64,000 bases of DNA from the human T2T-CHM13v2.0 reference genome, Homo sapiens, in NCBI RefSeq assembly GCF_009914755.1, contig NC_060935.1. One strand, given 5' to 3'. Under the pieces are notes generated by a model. The model saw only the letters and a program-made list of their open reading frames with translations. It did not search any database and was not told where the DNA came from. Position numbers and translations under genes: made by a program. This document shows, in pieces, positions 1 through 13,596 of the stretch; positions within the stretch are counted from its first letter, which is position 1; each line of letters begins with the position of its first letter.

Positions 1-505
1 GGAATATAAATCATGCTGTTATAAAGACACATGCACACGTATGTTTATTGCGGCACTATTCACAATAGCAAAGACTTGGAACCAACCCAAATGTCCATCA
101 ACGATAGACTGAATTAAGGAAATATGGCACATATACACCACGGAATACTATGCAGCCATAAAAAATGATGAGTTCATGTCCTTTGTAGGGACATGGATGA
201 AATTGGAAATCATCATTCTCAGTAAACTATCGCAAGGACAAAAAACCAAACACCACATGTTCTCGCTCATAGGTGGGTATTGAACAATGAGAACACATGG
301 ACACAGGAAGGGGAATATCACACTCTGGGGCCTGTTATGGGATGGGGGGAGGGGGGAGGGAAAGCATTAGGAGATATACCTAATGTAAATGACAAGTTAA
401 TGGGTGCAGCACACCAACATGGCACATGTATACATATGTAACAAACCTGCATGTTGTACACATGTACCCTAGAACTTAAAGGGTAATTTAAAAAAAAGAA
501 AGAAA
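1..505 (+). mobile_element. L1PA 3' end (ORF2 C-terminus, 3'UTR, A-tail); continues upstream of the window
   Basis: L1PA 3'UTR with G-rich tract (343-360) and ...catgtaccctagaacttaaa, followed by an A-rich tail at about 490-505. Confidence 0.95.
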
Positions 506-1289
<784 letters not shown>

Positions 1290-2095
1290 AAGGTCAGAAA
1301 ATGCAGATAAATACACAAAAATTAGTTGCATTTCTATGTGGTAGCAATGAACAGATGGACAACAAAATTAAAAATGCAACCCTACTTAACAATCAAGAAG
1401 TAAAGAAGAAAGACATAAATACTTAGGTATAAAACTAACACAATATGTATAGAATTTGTATGTTGAAGAAAACAAAACACTAATGAAAGAAATTAAATAA
1501 AATCTAAGGATATGGAAAGACATACTGTGCTCATGGATTTAAAGGCTCAGAATAGTATAAATATGTCAATTCTTCCCAAAGTGATATATAGATTTGATAG
1601 CTGTCCTACCAAAATCCCAGCAAGGCTTTTTTTGTAGATATAGAAAATGTTCTTTTAACATTTAAATGGAGAGCCAAAGGAAATATAGTAACTAAAACAA
1701 TTTTTAAAAAGAAGAATAAAGTGGGAGGAGTCACTGTATCCTATTTCAAAACTTGCTGTACATACATTAATCAAGACTATGTAGTACTGGCAGAATAGAC
1801 ATGTGGATCAATGGAGCAGAATAAATAACCTAGAAATGGAAGAACCCAGAAGTAGACCCATATAAATATGCCCAACTAATTTCTGGCAAAGGCACAAAAG
1901 CGCTCCAATGGAGGAAAAATAACCTTTTCAGGAAATGGTGCTGAAGTAATTGAACATCCATAGGCAAAAAATAAAATAATAATAAATAAAAATAAAATAA
2001 AATTGAACTAAGTCTTACATTTTATATAAAAATTTACTCAAAGTGAATCATGAACTTAAATTTAAAACATAAAACTATAAAACTTTTAGAAAAAT
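1290..2095 (+). mobile_element. Old L1M (L1MC-like) ORF2 fragment
   Basis: Degenerate homology to the L1 ORF2 3' region (e.g. gacatactgtgctcatggatt, gtagtactggcagaatagacatgtggatcaatggagcagaata). Confidence 0.8.
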
Positions 2096-2154
2096 GACTT
2101 ACAGGGAAGGGAGAAGGGATCAAACAAGGGCCTTGGGATTAAGGTCTGCTCAAG

Positions 2155-2767
2155 TTTGGAAAAGAGTTAGTTCCTTAAAAAGTTAATCATAGAGTCACCA
2201 TATAGCATAGCAATTCTACTCCAAAGTATCTACACAAAAGAAACAAAACATATGTTCACACAAAAACTTGTACATGAATCTTCATAACAGCCTCATTCAT
2301 TATCACCAAAAGGTATACCAACAACCAAAATGTCTATTAAATGATAAATGGATAAACAAGCTGTGGTATATCCATTAAATAGGATATTATTCAACTATAT
2401 AAAGAAATAAAGTGCAGATTCATCCTACAACATGGATAAAGTTTGAAAACATTATGTTAATTAAAAACACAGGCACAAGGGTCACATATTATATGATTAC
2501 ATTTATATGAAATACCCAGAATAGGCAAATTCACACAGGCAGAAAGTAGATTAGTGACTATAAGAGGGCAGGAGGAAGAAAAGATGGAGAGTGACTGCTA
2601 ACAGTTATGAGATTTCTTTTAGAGAAATTAAAATGTTCTAGAATTTAGTAGTAAATTCCATAGTGGTGACAACCATAAAAAATCTTAGGAATATACTGAA
2701 AAAACTGAACTGTACACTTTAAAGGGATAAATTTTGTGCTATGTAAATTATATCTAAATAAAAAAAC
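2155..2767 (+). mobile_element. L1MB-type 3' end
   Basis: L1MB 3'UTR hallmarks (ggtcacatattatatgattacatttatatgaaatacccagaataggcaaat; aactgtacactttaaa...ttatatctaaataaaaaaa). Confidence 0.8.
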
Positions 2768-3423
2768 CACATATGAAACTACTATATGACCCAGAAATTG
2801 CACTTATGAGCATTTATTCTAGAGAAATGAAACCTATATTCACACAAAAACCTGCACGCTAATGTTCATAACAGCTTTATTCCAATATCCCAAACTGAAA
2901 ACAACCTGGTATCCTCCAATGGGTGAACGGTTAATCCACTCACTGTGGTACATCCATACTATGGAATACTACTGGCAATAAAATAGAAGGAACTATTGAT
3001 ATATGCAACCCCATGGATGAAACTCCAGAGAATTATGCCTAGTAAAGAAAGCCAATATTCAAAACTTACATACCTCATAATTCCATTTATATAACATTAG
3101 TACAATGACAAAATTGTAGAAATGGGGAGTAGATTCGTGATTGGTAGAGGTTCAGAATGGGGAAGGGAGGTGTAGGACAGAAGTGGATATGACTATAAAA
3201 GAAAAACATGTAGGATTCTTGTGGTGGTAGCAATATTTTTTCTATTGACTGTATCAATGTCGATATCCTGGTTGTAATATTATACTATAGTTTTGCAATA
3301 TTTTACCATTTAGGGAAACTAGGTAAAGTATACATGAGATATCTCTATTATTTTTTACAATTGCATGCAAACCTATAATTATCCCCAAATTAAAAAGCTT
3401 AATTTTAAAAAACAAAAAAGAAA
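2768..3423 (+). mobile_element. L1MC-type 3' end
   Basis: tgactgtatcaatgtcgatatcctggttgtaatattatactatagttttgca...ttatccccaaattaaaaagcttaatt is typical of the L1MC 3'UTR. Confidence 0.8.
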
Positions 3424-3685
3424 TCTCTGAAGTCAGTCTCTGGAGATATTTGCCAAGTAAAATTCAGTGCAAGAATGGTAACATTCTAAAACATAACCAT
3501 GACCTGCTATCTCTCTCTCTCCCTCTTCCCACCTGTCTCCCTCTCTTTCTTATGTTCATCATACTTCCACTAGAACTGGGCTAAGTGTCTGGCTAGGTCC
3601 TAGACAATAAGGTTACAAAAACAAATGAGCTGAGTCCTGTCTCCTTTAAGGAGCTGCTCATAATCTCTCTTGGAAGAAACAATTA

Positions 3686-3820
3686 GGCTGGACTTGGTGG
3701 CTCACGCCTGTAGTCCCATCACTTCGGGAGGCCAAGGCGGGCAGACCACTTGTGGCCAGGAGCTCAAAACCAGCCTGGCCAGCATGGTGAAACCTCTTCT
3801 CTCCAAAAAAAAAAAAAAAA
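3686..3820 (+). mobile_element. Alu left monomer (FLAM-C-like) with poly(A)
   Basis: Left arm only, then an A16 tail; imperfect TSD gaaacaatt (3676-3684) / ggaacaatt (3826-3834). Confidence 0.9.
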
Positions 3821-4629
3821 GAGGGGGAACAATTGACAGGTATAAAGATTCCTTTGACCTAAGGAAAGAGATTAGTTTCTGTCATCTTGAGAGATTCATC
3901 TCCAGTTCTGGGGCAGAGAGGGGCATCCATGATATATCACTTGTTCTTGATTTTAAGGAATCTTTCAACTATTTAAACTGCATTCCCAATAGTTCATTTG
4001 ATGCCAAAGAGCAAACTGTGGCAAATTCTTTTGAGCGGTTAACATTCTTTACTTATGAGCTATGCATTCTTTGCTGACAAGATTAGGAAATTTCTTTTAC
4101 TGAAGTAACTTTCTGAAATGATTCCCCATTAACACGTTATCTGTCATTTTTGTTTTTATTATTTGTCGTTTTTTAAATCCACAGGCAGAACATAAAAATC
4201 TGATTATACTTTCTCTCATAATTTAGTGCTAAGTTCATATTTTAGATGGCAAAGTAGTAGATTTCATGACATGAAACCTCTGTTTGGGTTTTTATTTTGC
4301 CTCTATTTGAGGCTGCAAAAGCTCTATCTGTTTAATAATACTTTTGCATTTTTGTTTGTCTTTCTTGTCTGATTTTAAACCAAACCAGAAGAGTTTTGGG
4401 TTTTGTTTTCTTTTGTTGTTTGTCAGATTTACTGATTTCAAACTAAAAACACTATGTATTTTATTAGGATTCATTACTTATTTGTTTCAGGTCTTTTCAA
4501 AGCAGTTAACCAGTGTGGAAAGGTGGATAACTTTGGGACCAATATGCCAGGCTTATGTAATTTGAACCTGTTTTCTAATCTGTGAAATTGGAATAATGGT
4601 TAAGTCTGTAAGAATTCATTTGAACTCGA

Positions 4630-5813
4630 AGTTGATTGAAAATTTAAATATAAGACCTCAAACTATAAAAACTCTAGAAGAAAACCTAGGAAATGCCCTT
4701 CTCAACACTGGCCTTGGAAAGACTTCATGATGAAGACTTCAAATGCAATTTCAATAAAAACAAAAATTGATGACTGGGACCTAATTTAACTAAGAGCTTC
4801 TGCACAGCAAAATAAACTATCAACAGAGTAAACAGATAACCTACAGAATGGGAGAAAATATTTACAAACTATGCATCTGACAAAGGTCTAATATCCAGGA
4901 TCTATAAACAACCTAAACAGATCGATGAGCAAAAAACAAATAATCCCTTTGAAAAAATGGGTAAAGGACGTAAACAGACACTTATCAAAAGAAGATCTAT
5001 GAGTGGCCAACAAACATTTAATAGTGTTCATAATCACCAATCATCAGAGAAATGCAAATCACAACCATAATGTCTCACACCAGTCAGAATGGCTATTGTT
5101 AAAAAGTAAAAACAAACAAACAAAAAAAAACCCAGAAATATTGGCAAGACTATGGAAAAAAGGGAATGCTTATACCCCATTAGTGGGAATGTAAATTAGT
5201 TCAGCCACTGCAGAAAGCAGTTTGGAAATTTCTCAAAGAACTTAAAACAGAGCTACCATTTGACCCAGTGGTCCCATTACTAGGTATATATCCACAAGAA
5301 AATAAATCTTTCTACCAAAAAGACACATGTACTTGTATATTCACTGCAGCACTATTCACAATAGAAAAGACATGGAATCAACCTTGGTGCCTATCAATGG
5401 TGGATGAGATAAGAAAATGTGGCACATATATACCATGGAATACTACATAGCCATAAAAAGAATGAAATCATGTCCTTTACAGTAACATGGATGCAGCTGG
5501 AGGCCATAATCTTAAGCAAACTAACACAGGAACAGAAAACCAAACACCACATGTTCTCATTTATAAGTGGGAGATAAACACTGAGTACACATAGACATGA
5601 AGATGGGAATAGACACTGATGACTACTAGAGGGAAGAAGAAGGGAAGGAAGAGTGAGTTGAAAAACTACCTGTTGGGTATGATGCTCACCACCTGGGTGA
5701 TAGAATCAATTGTACCCCAAACCTCAGGATCACATAGCATACTCATGTAACAAACCTGCACATACACTCCCATAACTAAAGAAAAAGTTAAAAATACTTT
5801 TAAAAATAAAAAA
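4630..5813 (+). mobile_element. 5'-truncated L1 (L1PA15/16-like) ORF2 end and 3'UTR
   Basis: ORF2 C-terminal homology (ORF 5268-5450 region, [12 protein letters not shown]) and 3'UTR ttgaaaaactacctgttgggta...aacctcaggatcac. Confidence 0.9.
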
Positions 5814-6184
5814 GATTCATGTAAAGTGTGTAGAAATATACCTAGCATTAAACTGTACTCTGTAAATCTTAGCAGTGCATATATTATCCCAGTTGCATTG
5901 CAGACATAACCATTTGGGTTATATCATTTTAGTCACGTAACAGTTAAGTAGATGCAAGGAAGGCATCTTTTTAGGAAGGAAAGCAGCTTGTCATTGCTCA
6001 CAAATATCTTGACTGTAATTTTATCTAATCTTCAAAGAATCCTCTACAGGTAAATTGCACTTATAATTTTTAAAGCATTCACATCCACATAATCTGCTTT
6101 AGTTACACACACTTAAATGGTCTCTGAAGTCAGTCTGGTTCTCCATTTCACAGACATCAAAGCTATACTCAGAACAATGAAGAA

Positions 6185-6497
6185 GCCTGGGCGCGATGGC
6201 TCATGCCTGTAATCCCAGCACTTTGGGAGGCCGAGGCGGGCGGATCACGAGGTCAGGAGATCGAGACCATCCTGGTTAACATGGTGAAACCACGTCTCTA
6301 GTAAACATACAAAAACAAAATTAGCCAGGCGTGGTGGTGGGCACCTGTAGTCCCAGCTACTCGGGAGGATGAGGAGAAAGAATGGGTGAACCCGGGAGGT
6401 GGAGCTTGCAATGAGCTGAGATCACGCCACTACACTCCAGCCTGGGTGACAGAGTGAAACACCATCAAAAAAAAAAAAAAAGAAAGAAAGAAAGAAA
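6185..6497 (+). mobile_element. AluY-type element
   Basis: AluY diagnostics gagatcgagaccatcctgg and ggagcttgca; poly(A)/(GAAA)n tail. Confidence 0.95.
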
Positions 6498-7048
6498 TGT
6501 TGTCAAGATGAGAGTCTCAAATGTGAAAGAGCTTGAACTGGAACTCTGGCACTACACCCTTCCACCACATCTCATTTATTTTGTCTAAATGAAGAATTCA
6601 TGTTTTATTTTCAAAAATGAGGAATCTGAGTCTAATGAAAATATCCTTTTTTTAGTGACTTTATTTCTTATATGCCTCATCAAAGAGTGGAAATATAGTC
6701 TGTGTCTTTCAGAATTTTATCTGGTCAAACCTGCTTGAGATGTTCTCTCTCCTTTGTATATGCAGCTTGGTTATTTTGTCTTTTAAGATACAGCTAAATG
6801 TCTCCATCTTCCATAAAGGCCGCCTTAATCATCCTAATCTGAACTTGTACTACTCTTTTGTCTATCCAACTAGCTGGGCATTTACCCTATGCTTCATTTT
6901 ACTGGGTATTTACTCTATGCTTCCCATTATGTAAATTGTTATACATCTTTTTGTGGTCATGCCTGTCCCTTCAATTTGACTATTAATGTCCTTGTGCACA
7001 AGGATCTGTGCATAGCATAGTACTTGGTTCAAACAGGTGTATAGTTCT

Positions 7049-7102
7049 TTGATGATGATGATGATGATACTGATGATAGTGATAATGGTGACAATAATGA
7101 TA
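7049..7102 (+). repeat. Imperfect (GAT)n microsatellite
   Basis: gatgatgatgatgatgatactgatgatagtgataatggtgacaataatgata. Confidence 0.85.
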
Positions 7103-7907
7103 TTATCTACTATAACCTCTCCATTGGTATTCTCACCATGGCTGTGATCCTGGAAAGCAATACTTAATTGGTTGGTCACAGATCATTCATATATTCACCT
7201 GTGTTCATTAATTTGACCAATATCGTCTGAGACTACGCTATTTGCCAGTCCCTATCTACACACCAGTGTTAGGAAGACAAAGAAGCCCTAAATTCAGGGA
7301 CTTACATCCTAATGGAAAAGACAGACTTGAAAAATAAGCATAATAGTATATTTCAGGTGATATAATAGAAATATTACTGAGATGGCAAAAATGAGGGAAA
7401 CAGTTCTGAGTTATTTACGGAGAGAGAGGTGGGTTCAAGAAAATCTTCAAAGAGGAGGTAGAATTTGAGCCAAGTATTTAAAGGTGAGTAAGTGGAACAA
7501 ACTTACTAATGTCTGCTTTTGGAACTTACTAATTTTCTGCTGTTGGAAGCAAATATGCCCCAAGCAAGTATGCTTAAAAGACCACTCGTTTAAAGTGCCT
7601 GAAGCTAAAACAGAACTGGAGATTTTTGACATTCAACTACTGGAGTAGGAGGTAATGGGATGATCTACTTTAAAGAAACAAATTATCTGTTATTTGGAGA
7701 AGTTACTGTGAAATGAGTTGGAATTGCGTCGAGATTATTGTGGCCTGCTTTTTTAGAAGAGGGGTTTTGTCTATGCCACTGTGTGGGATTCTAAAGAGCT
7801 CATAAAGAAAAATAGATTTGCTTTGCATTGGAGACTTTCAGATACATAGTGTATAGATTGGTTTCATTCTACACTAGTAAGCAAAATCTCCATATAATTA
7901 ACACTTT

Positions 7908-8208
7908 GTCTGAGCAGAGTGGCTCATGTCTATAATCCCAACACTTTAGGAGGCTGAGTAGGGAGGATCGTTTGAGGCCAGAAATTCAAGACCAGCCTGG
8001 GTACCATAGCAAGACCACATCTCTAGAAAAAAATTAAAAACTTATCTGGACTTGGTGGCTCAAGCCTGTGGTCCTAGCTACTTGGGAGGCTGAGGTGGGA
8101 GGGTTCCTAGAGCCCAGGAGTTTGAGGCTGCAGTGAGCTATGGTTGCAGCACTGTACTGCAGCCTGGGTGACAGAGCAAGACTCTGTTAAAAAAAAAAAA
8201 AAAAAAAA
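7908..8208 (+). mobile_element. AluJ
   Basis: AluJ diagnostics (gggaggatcgtttgaggccag, gagcccaggagtttgaggctgcagtgagcta) and poly(A). Confidence 0.95.
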
Positions 8209-9186
8209 GATATTTTATTCAACATATATTTGTTGAGCACCTATTCTGTGCCAGGTACTATTACAGCAGCTAAAGCTCCAGCAATGAACAAAACAAATAA
8301 AAATAATTGCCCTCCTAAAGTTTATATTCCAGTAGGAATTAATTGACAGTAAGAAAATAGATAATTTACAGTACGTTAGAAAGTGAAAGTGCTATAGAGA
8401 AAAGTAAAAAGTAGGTAAAGAGTATCAGATAGGAAGCATTTTTCAAGTTGCATTTTTAAGTAGATTGATTAGGAAAGGTCCCACTCAGAAGGGAGGAATC
8501 AACCCCAAATTTGAAAGGGATGAGAGTTCAAGCAACGTAAATATCTGGGAGAAGAGAACTCCAGACTGAGTAAAGAGCATGTACAAATGCCCTGATGTGG
8601 GAGTATGCTTGGCACAGTTCAGAAAAAAAATAAATAAGGAGGCCAATGTGGCTGGAATGTAGATGAGGGGAAAATATGAGGTTATCAAGGTAACTAGGGG
8701 ACAGATTGTGCAGAACTTTTACGTTGTTGTAGGTATGCCGGATTTCACTCTGAGTAAGATGGGGAATCATCGGAACTTTAAAGCATGTTCTGTCTTATGT
8801 CTCAATGTGATGACTCAGGCTGCTTTATTGAGTGATGAAGAGCAAGGATAGAATCAGAGAGAACAGTTAGAAGATGTTTTTCAATAATTTAGTTGAGAAA
8901 TAGTGTGGCTTGGTCCAGAATGGTAGCAATGGTAGGCAGTAATGAGAAGAGGCCAGAATATGAATGTAGTTTGAAAGGAAAGTCAATAGGATTTGTTAAT
9001 GGATTAGATATATGGTAGCAGAGAAAGGAAAAAGTAAAGAATTGACTCCAAGGTTTTGACCTGATTTACTACTTGCTATTATCAAAGTGGGGAAGACTAT
9101 GGAAGAAGCAACTTCTGAGATAAGATGAGATTTTGGACCTGTTATATTTGGGATATATTTATTGGACATTCAAGTAGAAATGTTGA

Positions 9187-9477
<291 letters not shown>

Positions 9478-9777
9478 TGAAGACGGTGTCTAAAGTCATG
9501 AGCTTGGAAGAGATCACTGATTAAACAAGCTTAAGTAGAGAAGAGAGTCCTGGGGTGTCTCACCATTTTGAGGTTGTGAATATGATGAGGAACCAGCAAG
9601 GGAGTCTGATAAAAAGTATCCAGTGAGGTAGGAGGAAAAGCAGAAGTGTGTGGTGTTCTGGAAGCCAAGCAAAAAGAAGTTACAGAGGGAGCAATCAGCT
9701 GCATGAGTAATGAATCTTTGTACTTAACAAAATGATAATCATTAGTAACCTGACAGGAAGAGTGTTCAGTATGAAGT

Positions 9778-10130
9778 TGTATTAGTCCCTTCTCACACTG
9801 CTATAAAAAACTACCTGAGACTGGGTAATTTATGAAGAAAAGAGGATTAATTGACTCACAGTTTCACAGGCTGTATTGGAAACGTGGCTGGGAGGCTTCA
9901 GGAAACTTACAATCATGACGAAAGGGCGAAGGGGAAGCAAGCACCCTCATCACCTGGCAGCAGGAGAGAGAGGGAGTGCAGGGGAAAGCACTACACACTC
10001 TATCACAAGAACAGCAAAGGCTAAGTCTGCCCCCATGATTCAATCACCTCCCACCAGGCCCCTCCTTCAACACATGGGGATTACAATTCAACATGAGATT
10101 TGGATGGGAACACAGAGCCAAACCATATCA
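9778..10130 (-). mobile_element. MaLR solo LTR (MSTA-like)
   Basis: Termini tgtattagtcc...aaaccatatca; 5-bp TSD gaagt/ggagt. Confidence 0.9.
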
Positions 10131-11859
10131 GGAGTAAAGGGGAAGAAAACCTGAATAGATTGCGTTTAAGAGAGAATGAGAGCAGAGAAATTGGAGACAG
10201 TGAGTATACACAACTCTTTTAACCAGTTTTCTTTAAAGAAATCAGATAAATGGAATTAAAGTTAGAAAGCATAATATTGGTTGTTTCATGTGTTTGTTTT
10301 TAAGATAACCTTATCCTGAATATTATATTTTTTATAATATAAAAATATTATATCCCAAAAATCTGTAATTTCATTTTCTTTATTGAAAGAGTAAAAACTA
10401 TATGCAGAGTAGAGACAGATAAAAATATGGGTACCTATAAGTCACTGGGTTCATCGGTAAAAAATTTAACATTGTAAGGGATTGAATTCCTTTGGAATAA
10501 TTTTATTCTTAATTTAGCCAAGGTTGAAATTGACCAAAATGTAGCCTGCAAATTGACAATCAAAGTGGAGACTCAGCAGTGATTAGCCAGGTTGATTTTA
10601 CTCTTAGTAAACATTGTCAGCTTAGGGATAATACTATAATAATTTGGTGGCCAAGCTATGAAATTTTGATCATTTAAGACTTCACATTTAATTTAAGAAT
10701 TATGCTTGGAAGAATCACAAAATAGAGGGCTAAAAGTAACTTTGAAGAGGATTTAATTTAACGTGCATGTTTTATTAATTGGTAACTCGAACCCTGAAAA
10801 TTAAAATGACATGCCTGAAGTCACAAAGCCAGCCAAGACTAGAACTCAGAACTCAGTTCTTATGATACCCAGAAAAAGGGCCCATTCTAATGTCTCAGGT
10901 TCATTCCAATCTTGGATGATACCCTATTGATGCCTAACAGCAGCCACACATGTATCAATATACATGGCAATTTTTCATAAAAAATAAACATTTAAAAATG
11001 TGCTGATTTAGCTGGTAAATACTGAAGTCCACATCTTCTATTGCTTGCCCCTTCAGTCTGCAGCTGAAATAAGGAATTAATGGCCAGGGGCTCTCAGTTT
11101 CATTCAGTATGTACATATAGATCATCTTCTGTATGCCAAGAGGCATCTAAGAGGAATATGAGGAATTTTGTACTTTCTTAGGGCTTATGTCACCTGAGGA
11201 CAGGAGAAGGAAGAAGGGGACTGGAAATTATGGGTACAGATTGCACCTTCATGTGCAATCCCTCCTGAATCTCACCACAGTTAGGTGGAATAGGGATAGT
11301 CATTCCCTTTTCATAGATAAGGAAACTGAGATTAAGCAAGGTTAATGGAGTTGCTCAACATCAAAGCTTTCCAATACAAACCTTACTGAATGTAGGGATC
11401 ATGCAATTTCCAGGCTTACTCAATGGGGAACTGGAGCCTAATACTCTATAAGGTCAGGGTAGGGGACTCTCCTCTGGGAAACTATGGTTTGGAGGAAATA
11501 AAAAGAAAGGGTGAAGAAAGAATTATCATACAACAGAAGATTCAGTATCTTGAATGTGTCTTCACTTAGTAGTCCAAAAAAGGAGTGATACGATGTCTTC
11601 TGCCTGCCTGAGTAGAGTGGGAGAAAGAGGGAATGGAAAGGCCTGACAGTTACTCGGTGGGATTGTTTCTATCCTAGAAACTGTGAACTAATTTTCATGA
11701 TGCCACAAAATTGCATAGACATTTTTAAAGAAGTTGGTGATGAATTTTACACTGAGAAACCTAGAATGTGGCGACATTGCTCTATCTTTGGAAAAGTTAG
11801 ATTTCAGTAACATGAAGAGAAATGGATTCAAATAAATGAACTTCAAATTCAGTAGTGGA

Positions 11860-12100
11860 AAACAGACTGGATTCAGAATCAACATTACCTAGATTTTGGT
11901 CCTACCTTTGCCACTTACTAGCCCTGGGACAAACGGCAAGTCACTTAAGCAGGACTCTGAGTCCTAGTTTCTTCATCTTTAAACTGGATATTAATGATAA
12001 GTTCTGCCTCACATAGTCCTTGAGAAGAACAAATAAGATAATGCATATAAAAGTGGTTTAAAAAGTCTTCAGTGTCATACAAATCTTAGTTATCATTCTT
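11860..12100 (+). mobile_element. MIR
   Basis: MIR core ctttgccacttactagc...gcaagtcacttaa..ctctgagtcctagtttcttcatctttaaactgga. Confidence 0.75.
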
Positions 12101-12902
12101 ATATGCATTCTTACATTTTTTATTTCAATAATCTGGGGATTACAGGTGGTTTTTGGTGACATGGATGAGTACTTTCCTGGTGATTTCTGAGATTTTAGTG
12201 TATGCATCATCTGAGCAGTGTAGACTGTACCCAGTATGTAGTCTTATGTCCCTTACCCCTCTCTTAACCTCTCACCACCAGGTCCCTAAAGTCCATTATA
12301 TCACTCTATATGTCTTTGTGTCCTCATAGCTTAACTCCCACTTATAAGTGAGAACATACAGTATTTGGTTTTTCCTTCTTGAGTTACTTCACTTAGAATA
12401 AAGAAGTAATAATGAAGAATAATCTGGGGATTACAGGTGGTTCAGGTGGTTTTTGGTTACATGGATGAGTACTTTCCTGGTGTTTTCTGAGATTTTAGTG
12501 CATGCATCACCTGAGCAGTGTAGACTGTACCCAGTATGTAGTCTTATGTCCCTTACACCTCTCTTAACCTCTCACCACCAAGTCCCTAAAGTCCATTATG
12601 TCATTCTATATTTCTTTGTGTCCTCATAGCTTAACTCCCACTTATCAGTGAGAACATACAGTATTTGGTTTTTCATTCTTATTTCACTTAGAATAATGAA
12701 GTGAAATGAGTTACTCTAAGTGAAAAAACTCAAGAATGAAAAACAAAATACTGTATGTTCTCACTTATAAGTGGGAGTTTCACTTAGAATAATGAAGTGA
12801 AATAACTCAAGAATGAAAAACCAAATACTGTATGTTCTCACTTATAAGTGGGAGTCAAGCTATGAGGACACAAAGACATATAGAGAGATATAATGGACTT
12901 AG

Positions 12903-13200
12903 GACATGGATGAAGCTGGAAACCATCATTCTCAGCAAACTCGCAATGACAAAAAACCAAACACCGCATGTTCTCACTCATAGGTGGGAAGTGAACAATG
13001 AGAACACTTGGACACAGGAAGGGGAACATAACACACCGGGGCCTGTTGCGGGCTTGGGGGAAGGAGGAGGGATAGCATTAGGAAATATACCTAATGTAAA
13101 TGATGAGTTAATGGGTGCAGCACACCAACATGGCACATGTGTACATATGTAACAAACCTGCATGTTGTGCACATGTACCCTGGGACTTAAAGTATAATAA
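12903..13200 (+). mobile_element. Short 5'-truncated L1PA4/5-like 3' end inserted in L1PB #1
   Basis: gacatggatgaagctggaaacc...ttaaagtataataa; host sequence agaataatga occurs on both sides (12690-12699 and 13594-13603). Confidence 0.93.
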
Positions 13201-13545
13201 ATATATATATATATATATACACACACATATATATACATATATATATATACACATATATATACATATATATATACACATATATACACATATATATACACGT
13301 GTATATATATACACGTGTATATATATACACACACATGTATATATATACACACATGTGTATATATATACATGTATATATATACACGTATATATATACATGT
13401 GTATATATATATACACGTATATATATACATGTGTATATATATATACACGTATATATATACATGTGTATATATATATACACGTATATATATACATGTGTAT
13501 ATATATATACACGTATATATATACATGTGTATATATATATACACG

Positions 13546-13592
<47 letters not shown>
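13200..13592 (+). repeat. (TA)-derived alternating purine/pyrimidine minisatellite with a 32-bp higher-order unit
   Basis: Unit acacgtatatatatacatgtgtatatatatat starts at 13381, 13413, 13445, 13477, 13509 and (partial) 13541. Confidence 0.95.

Positions 13593-13596
<4 letters not shown>

Noticed and set aside
13381-13556. CRISPR-like regularly spaced 32-bp repeats
   Set aside because: Head-to-tail units with no spacers, in primate DNA; a minisatellite.
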